In this document: one piece after another, positions 47,078 through 56,658 of the stretch | Layout: every line of letters starts with the position of its first letter | Numbering within the stretch: the first letter of the stretch is position 1 | NCBI GenBank assembly: GCA_965214095.1 | Contig: OZ243938.1 | Location: 3,168,001-3,232,000 of the forward strand | Direction: 5' to 3' | Length of the DNA stretch: 64,000 nucleotides | Source: Candidatus Poribacteria bacterium | Lineage (GTDB): Bacteria; Poribacteria; WGA-4E; WGA-3G | Translations under genes and position numbers: made by a program | Notes under the pieces: generated by a model | Told to the model about the DNA's origin: nothing | Database searches by the model: none | The model's input: only the letters and a program-made list of their open reading frames with translations

Positions 47078-49795
47078 ATGATATTCTCTAAATGGAACGT
47101 GATTTTATTCATGTTAATGCTTGTCCTTTCTTTTTCTGTAGAATCGACATCTCAGCAGGAACCACCTGTTCAAGGGAAAAGGATCCATCGATCTATTCCT
47201 CCACAGGGTGCCGAGACCCATGTAGTTGTTCCGGCAGAAAGGTTCCGTGCTGGCTGGTTCAAACGCTGGTTCTACGGCAGTGACTACCGCGATCTATGGA
47301 CTACCCCAATTGAAGTTGCAGTCCTTGATCTTGACACTGTGGGAGGCGGTTTAACACCGCTTCGCACTGGTGGATTTGGTCAGTCCGTATCCCTTCATTT
47401 TACTGGAGAGGATGGTCGCAGGTATACGGTTCGTTCTCTGGACAAGGATCCCACTAAACGGAGGTGGGAAGAACTCAAGGATACAATTGCCGATGATGTC
47501 CTTCAAGACCTGATCAGTGCTTTTCTACCAACAGGAGGACTCGTTGTTGATCCACTGATGGAGGCTACGGGTATCCTCCATTCAAAGCATACGCTCGTTG
47601 TTATTCCAGATGATCCCAGACTGAAGGAGTATCGGGAAGATTTTGCGGGTCTTATAGGCATGCTGCAGGAACATCCTTCCGAAGGAGCAGACGGTACACC
47701 CGGTTTTGCTGGTTCCCAACAGATCAGTGGAACGGAGAAGTTGTGGGAACATTTGGAAGAAACACCCAGCAATCGCGTCGATTCACGCGCCTATCTAAAG
47801 GCGAGATTGATGGATTTTCTCGTCAACGACCGAGACCGTCATCACGGTCAGTGGAGATGGGCGCGGTTCCCTGATGGCGAAGGTTATACTTGGGTACCAA
47901 TACCTGAGGATCGAGACCTTGCTTTTATTGACCTTGATGGGTTCGCTATGGGAATAGCACGTAGAGGACTCCCCAAGTTTCTTATCAAATTCGGAGATAA
48001 GTATCCGAACTTGTCAGGTTTGACGGTTTCTGGTTGGGAACTTGATCGGGAGTTGCTTGTTGAACTCGATAAAACTACTTGGGACTCTGTGGTAACAGCA
48101 TTTTGCAAGGATCTACCGGACACGGTCATTGAGGATGCAGTGCGAAAACTGCCAGAGCCGTATTACAAAATGCTCGGAGCGACTCTTACGGATGCCCTGA
48201 AATCGAGACGAGATGCATTGCCTGAATTTGCCAGCAGATACTATAAGTTCATTACCCGCAAGCCAGAAATACAGGCTACCGATCAGAACGAGTACCTCCA
48301 CTGTGAGCATCTACCAAATGGTGATTTGGTCGTCCGCATCGGTCTGATAGCAGATCCTGATGGAGAAAGGATGAAACCCTATTTTCAACGGACATTTCAT
48401 CCCGATGAGTCCCGAGAAGTCCGAATATACCTCCGAGGTGGAGACGACAGTGCGGAAATATCAGGGACAAAAGGTGCTATGACCGTCCGTATAGATGGTG
48501 GTGGTGGGGACGACACGTTTACAAACGCATCCGAAGCCAATGCCTCAAAGACTCGGTTCTACGATTATCGTGGAAAAAATCGATTTGTCAAAGGCAATGG
48601 AGCGAAAATCGACGAAAGTCCATACAAACGTCGACCGCCACAGATTCTCCTCCCAGATCAAACAAGATATGCCATGGACTGGAGCAAGGAAACATTTACT
48701 TACCCGATGATTACGGTGAATCCTGACCTAGGTGTGTTCTTGAAGGGCAACAGTAGTTTACAATATTTCGGATTTCGAAAATATCCGTATTTTTCGCAGC
48801 ATTCTTTTGGCATCGGTCTTGCGTCTAATGGTCTTAATCCTTTTGTTTCTTATACTGGCAACTATCGACACGTCCTGCACGTTCTTGACGTGAGAGTTCA
48901 TCTCGAATACTCCGGAATCCAGATGATCCGGTTCAACGGATTTGGTAATGACACTCAGATTGAAGGTTCTTCATCCTTCTATAAAGTAGAACAGAATCAT
49001 TTCCTTTTCGCGCCATCTCTGAACTATCAACCGAATAAACCTGAAGATGATGAGCACAGTGATTCTAAGGTACCGAGTCGCTCAGAACTCACCGTCCGAT
49101 TGGGACCGATCATCAAGTATTCAAACACGTCCCCAGAGGCTAACAAAGATAGATTCATCGGTTTGTTGGATGAGCCGGTCTACGGCACAGGTTCCTTCGG
49201 TCAACTTGGTGCATTAGGTAAACTCGTGTACGACACGCGTAACAACCCGGCATTTACCACGCACGGATTTTTTGTTAATGCAACTGCAGCCATCTACCCA
49301 GGTGTCTGGGATGTAGAGTCTGTATTTGGCAGCTTAGATGGCGTAGTAAGCACTTATGTAATGGCTCCTATTCCGACGAAACCGACACTTGCTCTGAGGG
49401 GTGGTGGTAAGAAAGTGTGGGGCACCTTTCCCTTCCATGAGAGTGCATTTCTGGGCGGTCCTGGTTTTGTAGGTATCGGTTCATCCGATAGCCATTTACG
49501 CGGTTTCCGTAAAAACCGGTATGCTGGAGATACCTCACTATATGGGAACGTTGAGCTTCGGTTGAGTCTGGTACCAATCAAGATCATAGTGCCTGGAGAG
49601 TTAGGTCTGTTCATTGCAGCTGATGCTGGACGTGTGTTTTTTGCCGAAGATTCTAACGATGCTGACAAATGGCATAGCAGCATCGGAGGCGGTTTATGGA
49701 TCTCTTTCCTCCGTCACCAGCAAACATTGAGCGTAGCAATCGTAAATGGCGATGACTTGACCGGACTGTATCTGCGCGCTGGTTTCATGTTTTAA
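47078..49795 (+). CDS. Omp85 (BamA/TamA)-type barrel protein with N-terminal atypical kinase-like domain
   Basis: Signal peptide; GGFGQS, DRDRHHGQW, DRDLAF; C-terminal LRGFRKNRYAG loop and terminal GFMF. Confidence 0.7.
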   Translation: MIFSKWNVILFMLMLVLSFSVESTSQQEPPVQGKRIHRSIPPQGAETHVVVPAERFRAGWFKRWFYGSDYRDLWTTPIEVAVLDLDTVGGGLTPLRTGGFGQSVSLHFTGEDGRRYTVRSLDKDPTKRRWEELKDTIADDVLQDLISAFLPTGGLVVDPLMEATGILHSKHTLVVIPDDPRLKEYREDFAGLIGMLQEHPSEGADGTPGFAGSQQISGTEKLWEHLEETPSNRVDSRAYLKARLMDFLVNDRDRHHGQWRWARFPDGEGYTWVPIPEDRDLAFIDLDGFAMGIARRGLPKFLIKFGDKYPNLSGLTVSGWELDRELLVELDKTTWDSVVTAFCKDLPDTVIEDAVRKLPEPYYKMLGATLTDALKSRRDALPEFASRYYKFITRKPEIQATDQNEYLHCEHLPNGDLVVRIGLIADPDGERMKPYFQRTFHPDESREVRIYLRGGDDSAEISGTKGAMTVRIDGGGGDDTFTNASEANASKTRFYDYRGKNRFVKGNGAKIDESPYKRRPPQILLPDQTRYAMDWSKETFTYPMITVNPDLGVFLKGNSSLQYFGFRKYPYFSQHSFGIGLASNGLNPFVSYTGNYRHVLHVLDVRVHLEYSGIQMIRFNGFGNDTQIEGSSSFYKVEQNHFLFAPSLNYQPNKPEDDEHSDSKVPSRSELTVRLGPIIKYSNTSPEANKDRFIGLLDEPVYGTGSFGQLGALGKLVYDTRNNPAFTTHGFFVNATAAIYPGVWDVESVFGSLDGVVSTYVMAPIPTKPTLALRGGGKKVWGTFPFHESAFLGGPGFVGIGSSDSHLRGFRKNRYAGDTSLYGNVELRLSLVPIKIIVPGELGLFIAADAGRVFFAEDSNDADKWHSSIGGGLWISFLRHQQTLSVAIVNGDDLTGLYLRAGFMF

Positions 49796-49815
49796 CCAAA
49801 CAAGAGGTATTTCGT

Positions 49816-50751
49816 ATGCTCAACAACATAATTGTTCGTCTCATTGCTTACTATGCTGCATGGCTTTTGGCACTTAGTGGGATTTTTCGTCTCTTTCCCC
49901 AAATTCTTCATTACGTTGCTAAAGAACGTGAACGTATTTTCGTAGGACAAGGATTAGAGGATGGAGCAAACGCAGCCGTTCCAATGGGTGACATCCAAGA
50001 AGGAGTGGCGAGACTTGTCGATCCAGCACACACCGTTCCAGTATTGGTTGCTATGATACTGGCATTTGGGGTTACGCTACCGATTACTTGGTTATATCGG
50101 TGGACACAACCGCGGAAGAAATACAGTCAATCCTTTGTACACACTTTGCTGGTAATACCTATCACCATAGCCCTGATTGTATTTTTAGTCAAGGGAAGCC
50201 TCGCCCTTGCGTTCAGTTTGGCAGGAATCGTAGCCGCTATCCGTTTCCGCACCTCGCTTGAAGAACCTATTGATTGTGTATACATGCTTATGGCAATCGG
50301 AATAGGACTTGCAGCTGGCACGCAACTTACCACAGTAGCCTACCTTGCATCGTTGGTTTTTACCATCCTAATTCTTGGAGTTTGGAAAAGCAATTATGCA
50401 GCACTGCCGACAGAAATAACTGGCTGGAAAATTGATAGTTTTGAAAAATTGGGCAAAGCCCCTGATGGTGAGGACATTCCTACTAAAGAAGCATATAATG
50501 CCCAAATTGAAGTGCACACGACGAAGGTCAATGCAGCAAAAAAAGCAACGGCTCTAATTCTTGTCCCTAATACCAAGCGGTGGCAGATAGCTGATGTCGT
50601 TAAGAATACGGATGGAACAGCAATCGTCGTGTTTGATATCTGGTTAAAGAACAGCGTTACCTTGACTACTTTCATCCAGGATATTGAAGAAAGCGGTAAA
50701 GGGTATATCAACAACGTAAAACTGACGAAACAAGAAGCTGGTAAGGTGTAA
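49816..50751 (+). CDS. DUF4956 membrane protein
   Basis: SLALAFSLAGIVAAIRFRT, IGIGLAAG. Confidence 0.8.
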   Translation: MLNNIIVRLIAYYAAWLLALSGIFRLFPQILHYVAKERERIFVGQGLEDGANAAVPMGDIQEGVARLVDPAHTVPVLVAMILAFGVTLPITWLYRWTQPRKKYSQSFVHTLLVIPITIALIVFLVKGSLALAFSLAGIVAAIRFRTSLEEPIDCVYMLMAIGIGLAAGTQLTTVAYLASLVFTILILGVWKSNYAALPTEITGWKIDSFEKLGKAPDGEDIPTKEAYNAQIEVHTTKVNAAKKATALILVPNTKRWQIADVVKNTDGTAIVVFDIWLKNSVTLTTFIQDIEESGKGYINNVKLTKQEAGKV

Positions 50752-50756
50752 GCACA

Positions 50757-51770
50757 ATGAAGAATCGTGGAAATAAACTCTTAATTGGATTTCTTGGTTT
50801 CAGTCTTTTCGTTTTCTTGTTGGCAATGGTCTTAAGCCAAAAGTATTCAGCAGACTTGAGTAATGAGGAGATACAGAGTGAGAATTATTCAGCAGACTTG
50901 AGTGAAAATGTGTTAATAACGGATACAGATACTATTATTGACGGCTTGCCAATCGAGAATCAGATCGCATCACAAAGAAACATATCTCTCGTAAACTACG
51001 ACCTGAAAAAAGAGGACACGACTCAATGGAAACTTCCTGGACGGCTTGAGGAGATTTCTGGTTTAACGATGACTGCGGACGACCGTCTCTTGGCTCATAA
51101 CGATGAAAAAGGAGTTATTTATGAGATCGATTATCGAAATGGTGAGATCGTCAAAGCATTCCAAATAGCAGATATGAAGGATCCGGTTACCGATGATTTC
51201 GAAGGCATTGCGACAGTTAAAGACAAGATATATCTGGTTACAAGTTCGGGCAGATTATACGAGTTCAGTGAGGGTGTTGATGGTGAGTCAGTTTTATATA
51301 ATATCTATACGACTGGTGTTGGCAGAGATTATGAAATAGAAGGACTCGCGTATAACGAGAAAAAGCGTGCACTGTTACTCATGTGCAAAGAATCTCGTAG
51401 AGAAGAACTGAAAGAACAGTTGGTCATTTATTATTGGTCAACAAATGAGAAACAACTTATTGAAGGTGCACATATAGTAATACCTGTCATTGAATTCTCT
51501 CGTCATATTGAAGAAAAGAATTTTCAGCCTTCTGGTATTGAACGGCACCCAGTTTCAGGAAACTACTTCGTCGTTGCTGCGCGCCAGAAGGCTATTGCTG
51601 AGATTACGCCAGAGGGTCAGGTTGTTGCAGCTAAGCAGTTTTCTGCTTATGAACATCGTCAGACTGAGGGTATTACGTTCACCTCGGAAGGAATACTTAT
51701 AATTGCTGATGAGGGTGCGGGCAAGAAAGCACGACTAACCCTTTATCCAGTTGCCGAAAGGCAGCAATAG
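50757..51770 (+). CDS. SdiA-regulated (YjiK-like) beta-propeller protein
   Basis: EISGL, HNDE, DFEGIA, EIEGLA, QTEGITF..ADEG. Confidence 0.75.
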   Translation: MKNRGNKLLIGFLGFSLFVFLLAMVLSQKYSADLSNEEIQSENYSADLSENVLITDTDTIIDGLPIENQIASQRNISLVNYDLKKEDTTQWKLPGRLEEISGLTMTADDRLLAHNDEKGVIYEIDYRNGEIVKAFQIADMKDPVTDDFEGIATVKDKIYLVTSSGRLYEFSEGVDGESVLYNIYTTGVGRDYEIEGLAYNEKKRALLLMCKESRREELKEQLVIYYWSTNEKQLIEGAHIVIPVIEFSRHIEEKNFQPSGIERHPVSGNYFVVAARQKAIAEITPEGQVVAAKQFSAYEHRQTEGITFTSEGILIIADEGAGKKARLTLYPVAERQQ

Positions 51771-51837
51771 CAGTTAATATGCTATTCAGGACTGGTACAG
51801 GAAGTTCCTGCAGACTTGAGAGCGGTCAGTTTCCTTA

Positions 51838-51975
51838 TATAGTAAATTATTGAAATAATCAGACATTTCATCTATAGAAGCGATCTCCGAATCGCGATGG
51901 ACCTTAGGTACAATCGTGAATCGGAGTTCACTCCTACATATCAAATCTGTCCAAGTAATTCTAAAATCTACTATA
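51838..51975. mobile_element. TA-flanked MITE (138 bp) with a different REP cargo
   Basis: TATAGT...ACTATA ends; internal hairpins related to those at about 22219-22279 and 46730-46800. Confidence 0.6.
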
Positions 51976-52000
51976 CTGGTCCTTTCTCTTGTTGACTTTA

Positions 52001-53635
52001 TCATGAAATATCAGCATCTCTGGCAAAATCGCTTAGCACAGAAGGTGTCGCCGTATCAAAACCAATAAAATCTAACATACCAGCATCATTCGGGTCAGCA
52101 ATAGAGAATTTATTTGCTACCATCGCAACAACAGCACATTTCGCGGGTCTTCCCATTTCTTGCCGATACATATCCAACGCGGTTTTCGGATGAATGTCAC
52201 CAAACCACGTTTGGTTGTCTGTATAGATAATGAATGTATCCACCTCAAGTTTATTTTCTAATGCATATAGCATTGGTAATGCGCAATCCGTTGCCCCCAT
52301 CGGTATGCCTGAAACTGCCTCAACAGCACTTGTCAACTTATCTGATGCTGATATTGGCAGCGGAACAAAATCATCAGAAAAACCAAAGATGTGGTAATGC
52401 GGTTCTGTCCGAGCAGTCACCAATGCCATCGCAGCAGAAGCATTACGCGGGGTTAGTCCCTTACATCCAGCAACTGTTCCAAACCCCATTGAACCAGAAA
52501 CATCAAGTGCCAAAAGTGTATTCTTCTCACTCGGTTCAACGTTATCAAATGCCATGTAAAAAGCAGCGTCCAAGGCATCAACAATCTGCGGAACAGGTTC
52601 CCACGTCAAACTCCCTCTGACTCCCGCACCAGACCTGTATGTAATTAATGCCATTAGAATCTGGATAGGATGTACGAGCGAACGTTTGATTGCATCCGAT
52701 GTAAGTCTTTCCAACACTGTTTCTACCGATGGTGCAAAAGGTTTAAGCAATCCCACTTGTGTCATCTTACCGAGATTTCGCACAGTTGCCATCACAGGCA
52801 TGTTGGCTAACAAAGCAGCCCAGACATCAATCTCATCCTTCCATTCATTCGGGACCATCTCGTGTGTTAATTGATGCTTTTCAATCAGTCTGATTATATC
52901 TACGCGTTTCTGCGTCCGTTTCAGTTCCTCATACCCAGTAAGCAATTCTGGCAAAGCATCCGTTGCATCGTAAGTTGTAGATATCTGCGTGCCATCATCT
53001 CTTGTCCGATGCACAGTCCGATCATCAGTATCAAGTCCTTTAATCCAACGATAGATACCTCGGTTTTCACCGTAGTGGCATTTTGCGAGAACATCGGCAT
53101 GCCGCCAACTGTTCCGAAACTGATACTTTAATACCTGATATGCCAATGCATCATCATTTTTCGTCCGATACCATTCACCAACTAACCGTCGTAATGCCCG
53201 ACCCCATCCACGCATGCCGTCTACAAAAGCAACGAAATTGAATAGGTGTGTTCCGATACGCGCAACATCACAGAATACCTCTTGCACCTTGCGCTTTGTG
53301 TCAGCGTTTCCGTGGGTAAAAGCAAGTGCCAATGCATATAATGCAGGATCGTTTTTCGGGGCGCGACCGGTAACAGAAATCTCCCGAATCCGTTCTACAA
53401 CCTGGACACCGTCTTCTGCAATACATTTCTTAACAGAATCGACATTTTCCTTAGTCAAATCCTGTTCCTTCGCGTAATAAGATCCACCTTCAGTTCCCAA
53501 AATGAGAAATCTATCAAGATTTGTCCAAATAGAAACAGGATAAACGTACCCACCAGCAGAATTCTCAACCTGCTTTTCGTCTAAAGGTTGTCGTTGATGT
53601 GGATGTAGAGGTGAATATTTATTTAGATAACTCAT
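52001..53635 (-). CDS. rsr: Ro60/Rsr (TROVE + vWA) RNA-binding protein
   Basis: NSAGGY, LDRFLILGTEGGSYY, GWGRALRR, VHPIQIL, LDVSGSM, YTDNQTW, MLDFIGFD. Confidence 0.95.
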   Translation of the reverse strand: MSYLNKYSPLHPHQRQPLDEKQVENSAGGYVYPVSIWTNLDRFLILGTEGGSYYAKEQDLTKENVDSVKKCIAEDGVQVVERIREISVTGRAPKNDPALYALALAFTHGNADTKRKVQEVFCDVARIGTHLFNFVAFVDGMRGWGRALRRLVGEWYRTKNDDALAYQVLKYQFRNSWRHADVLAKCHYGENRGIYRWIKGLDTDDRTVHRTRDDGTQISTTYDATDALPELLTGYEELKRTQKRVDIIRLIEKHQLTHEMVPNEWKDEIDVWAALLANMPVMATVRNLGKMTQVGLLKPFAPSVETVLERLTSDAIKRSLVHPIQILMALITYRSGAGVRGSLTWEPVPQIVDALDAAFYMAFDNVEPSEKNTLLALDVSGSMGFGTVAGCKGLTPRNASAAMALVTARTEPHYHIFGFSDDFVPLPISASDKLTSAVEAVSGIPMGATDCALPMLYALENKLEVDTFIIYTDNQTWFGDIHPKTALDMYRQEMGRPAKCAVVAMVANKFSIADPNDAGMLDFIGFDTATPSVLSDFARDADIS

Positions 53636-53650
53636 GATTTTTATGATATG

Positions 53651-53705
53651 GCGGGCAAGGAGTGTATTGCGGTAGTTTTCAAGATAACGCAATACTTCGG
53701 CCCGC
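53651..53705 (-). ncRNA. Minimal Y RNA (55 nt)
   Basis: GCGGGCCGAAGTATTGCG...CGCAATACACTCCTTGCCCGC: Ro-binding terminal helix with bulged C. Confidence 0.75.
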
Positions 53706-53714
53706 ACAAAGAAT

Positions 53715-53852
53715 GCTCCGGATAAGGATCAGAGTCCGTTTGATATGCTCTACCATCTGAGCTATAGTTAGCCTATGCGTAACACAAACTTACTAACAGG
53801 ACTCGAACCTGTGACCACATCATTACAATAACAAACTCACTCGACCCGGAGC
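53715..53852 (-). ncRNA. YrlA-like tRNA-mimic Y RNA
   Basis: GCTCCGGGTCGA...CCTTATCCGGAGC stem enclosing T-arm CAGGTTCGAGTCCTG then D-arm TAGCTCAGATGGTAGAGCA. Confidence 0.85.
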
Positions 53853-53882
53853 CGCGTAAGATTATATCTATTTTCACAAAGC

Positions 53883-53961
53883 AGCGGACAAGGTGTGTAT
53901 TACTATAGGCGCATTTTACTGCGACGCTAACGTATAGGGTAAAGTAATACTTCAGTCCGCT
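53883..53961 (-). ncRNA. Short Y RNA (79 nt)
   Basis: AGCGGACTGAAGTATTAC...GTAATACACACCTTGTCCGCT; paralog of 53651-53705. Confidence 0.72.
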
Positions 53962-53969
53962 AAAGACAA

Positions 53970-54091
53970 CTCTGGATAAAAATCAGAATACTATGCTCTA
54001 CCGCTGAGCTACAGTAAGTTTCACATTACATTCCACCTACCGGCAGGAGTCGAACCTGCGACATAGGATAACGCATCCACTCGACCCAGAG
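53970..54091 (-). ncRNA. YrlA-like tRNA-mimic Y RNA
   Basis: CTCTGGGTCGA...TTTATCCAGAG stem; T-arm GCAGGTTCGACTCCTGC; D-arm TAGCTCAGCGGTAGAGCA. Confidence 0.85.
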
Positions 54092-54154
54092 CAAGATGTT
54101 TACGACTACAGATATCTGCTGAAACGACTCAAGCAAGATATCTATTTCGTGTGT

Positions 54155-54191
54155 GGAAGATATTATATCATCTTCCTTGCATATATTGCAA
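54155..54191 (-). promoter_or_regulatory. Y RNA/rsr promoter with a palindrome over the -10 box
   Basis: TTGCAA-18-TATAAT with extended TG; GGAAGAT-N8-ATCTTCC spans the -10. Confidence 0.5.
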
Positions 54192-54257
54192 ATTGAAATT
54201 AATGTGCAACCAAAACCCATACTTGCCAAAATCTTCTTTTTCAACTACAATATAACC

Positions 54258-55280
54258 GTGTATACATTAGTACCCCTCACACCTCAAAATCTCGACGATT
54301 GGGATTCCATCACCCAGCAATGTGCAAACGCCACCGTCTTCCATAGCATTGAATGGTGTGACGCACTTGCAGACTCCTTCAAGCAGTTGGATCCCGTCTA
54401 TCTGCTAATCAAACAAGATGAGAAGGTAATTGGTGGATTACCTGCTTTCGTCTTTCAACCGATACCGGGAATTTGCATGTGGAACTCAATGCCGTGGAAT
54501 CTGTTTGGAGGACCGCAAATCATAGATTCAGAACAAGTCAATCCAAAAGATATAATCTCAACTATTGAGACCTACCTTGAAACGGCATCAAAAGAGCAAG
54601 GGTGGTGCGAACTTAACTGGACACTTTCACCCACAGATAGCATAAAGTCCGGTGATTGTCTAACAGAATACAAGTATGAACGAACTGAAAGGTTCACGCA
54701 TATCTTGAAAACCAACGCAGATATTGATACTCTTTGGAATGCATACAATAAAAGGGTGCGAGGTGCAGTCCGTAAGGCACAAAAATCGGGTGTAGAAGTG
54801 ATAAATTCAGATACGGACGAAGATTTATCCACATTCTATGACATGTATCTCATGACTGTCAAACGTTTAGGTGGAACTCCGAAACCACGTAGACTTATGA
54901 AGATTCTTCTGCAACAAGATATTGCCAAACTTGCTATTGCCAAGTATAACAACACTACCATCGCTGGATTGCTTTATCTATATTACAACCGCACCGTTAC
55001 TTTATGGTGTGAGGCATCATTACCAGAATACTTACAATACCGTCCGAATAATGCTATTTTTCACCACATCATAACTTGGGCCTGTGAACATGGATATGAA
55101 TGGGTAGACTTCGGCGCATCTCCTCCAGAAAACGAGGGTTTGATTGCACACAAGGAACAGTATCGTGCCAAACGCACTGATTTCTGTAGTTATACAAAAA
55201 CAGTCTCACGATTCAAAAAATCGTTGTGGACACGTAGTGAGAATACGCTTCGGAAAATCTATACATACCTACAAAAATGA
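54258..55280 (+). CDS. GNAT / FemAB-like acyltransferase
   Basis: ATVFHSIEW, RGAVRKAQKSGV, RPNNAIF, VDFG. Confidence 0.8.
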   Translation: MYTLVPLTPQNLDDWDSITQQCANATVFHSIEWCDALADSFKQLDPVYLLIKQDEKVIGGLPAFVFQPIPGICMWNSMPWNLFGGPQIIDSEQVNPKDIISTIETYLETASKEQGWCELNWTLSPTDSIKSGDCLTEYKYERTERFTHILKTNADIDTLWNAYNKRVRGAVRKAQKSGVEVINSDTDEDLSTFYDMYLMTVKRLGGTPKPRRLMKILLQQDIAKLAIAKYNNTTIAGLLYLYYNRTVTLWCEASLPEYLQYRPNNAIFHHIITWACEHGYEWVDFGASPPENEGLIAHKEQYRAKRTDFCSYTKTVSRFKKSLWTRSENTLRKIYTYLQK

Positions 55281-55295
55281 AAAACAGGAGAAACA

Positions 55296-56648
55296 ATGGA
55301 ACGAAAACCAAATCTAATATTCATTTTCGGTGACCAACACCGTCAATGTGATGTCGGATGTGCAGGTAACCCGCAAGTAAAAACGCCATACATGGATAAA
55401 CTTGCCGAAGAAGGTATGTTCTTTCCAAACACCTTCACCAACGTCCCGATATGTGTTCCCGCGCGCGGATGCCTGCTGACAGGCAAGCACCCGTTAAGCC
55501 ACAAAGCCGTATCCAACGATTTACCACTTCCGTTGACCGAAACAGGCATCGCGCAAGTCTTCAAAGACGATGGATATGAAACAGGATATATCGGCAAGTG
55601 GCACCTCGGTGGCCAGCCGAGAGATAAGTTCATTACACCGGAAATGCGGTTCGGATTCGATCACTGGATCGGGTGGAATTGTCATCATAACTATTTCAAT
55701 GCACCCTATCACGACTCCAATGGTAACAAATTCCAGATTGATGGATACGAACCAGATTTTCAAACTGATCAGTCAATTCAATACTGCCGCGACCATGCAG
55801 ATGAACCTTTCTGTCTCTATGTTAGTTGGGGACCTCCACACAACCCTTATGAACACGTGCCAGATAAGTATAAAGAGATGTATCCACCAGATGAGATACA
55901 ACTCCGTCCAAATGCTGTGGACACACCCGCTTACCGTAAGGACATCTCTGGATACTACGCACACATCACTGCATTAGATGAAAACCTTGGACGTTTAATG
56001 GACGCACTTGACGAAATCGGAATTGCCGAAGACACCATTCTTGTCTACACATCCGACCATGGTGATATGCTCGGAAGCCACGGACACAACAGAAAAGAAC
56101 GTCCTTGGGATGAATCCAGTCGCATCCCTTTCATGATCCGGTATCCTCGCAAAATTCCTGCAGGAGTTACCCGTGATACCTTATTAAGCCTTGTTGATTT
56201 CATGCCATCCATGTTATCTCTGTGCGATTTGCCAATTCCAGATGGAGTTGAAGGCATTGATTTGTCTGACGCGATGCTCGGTAAGACTATTGACGAACCG
56301 CAATCTGTGCTACTTGAACTCCCATTGCACGGCGGTGAAGGATTCAATTTCGGTCTCACAGAATGGCGTGGTGTTCGAACACATCGTCATACTTATGCTC
56401 GTCACTACGATGGAACAGGTTGGCTCCTCTACGACAACGATAACGACCCGTACCAAATGAATAATCTGATTGACGATCCCAATTCACAAGAACTGCGGGA
56501 AGAATTAGAAACAGAACTTCAACAGTGGTTAACCCGAATTAACGACCCATGCATCGCTGGCTTAGACCACATCCGACAACTCGGTTTAACAGAATTGTGG
56601 AACATCAGTGAACAACGATTTGGTGGAAGAAATCCGCGTTGGGCATAA
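55296..56648 (+). CDS. Formylglycine-dependent sulfatase
   Basis: KPNLIFI.DQ, CVPAR (CxPxR), GKWHL, TSDHG. Confidence 0.93.
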   Translation: MERKPNLIFIFGDQHRQCDVGCAGNPQVKTPYMDKLAEEGMFFPNTFTNVPICVPARGCLLTGKHPLSHKAVSNDLPLPLTETGIAQVFKDDGYETGYIGKWHLGGQPRDKFITPEMRFGFDHWIGWNCHHNYFNAPYHDSNGNKFQIDGYEPDFQTDQSIQYCRDHADEPFCLYVSWGPPHNPYEHVPDKYKEMYPPDEIQLRPNAVDTPAYRKDISGYYAHITALDENLGRLMDALDEIGIAEDTILVYTSDHGDMLGSHGHNRKERPWDESSRIPFMIRYPRKIPAGVTRDTLLSLVDFMPSMLSLCDLPIPDGVEGIDLSDAMLGKTIDEPQSVLLELPLHGGEGFNFGLTEWRGVRTHRHTYARHYDGTGWLLYDNDNDPYQMNNLIDDPNSQELREELETELQQWLTRINDPCIAGLDHIRQLGLTELWNISEQRFGGRNPRWA

Positions 56649-56658
56649 AGGACAAAAT

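Noticed and set aside
53740-54062. Apparent tRNA genes or tRNA pseudogenes
   Set aside because: T-arm precedes D-arm, there is no anticodon arm or CCA end in tRNA order, and both are enclosed in Y RNA stems.
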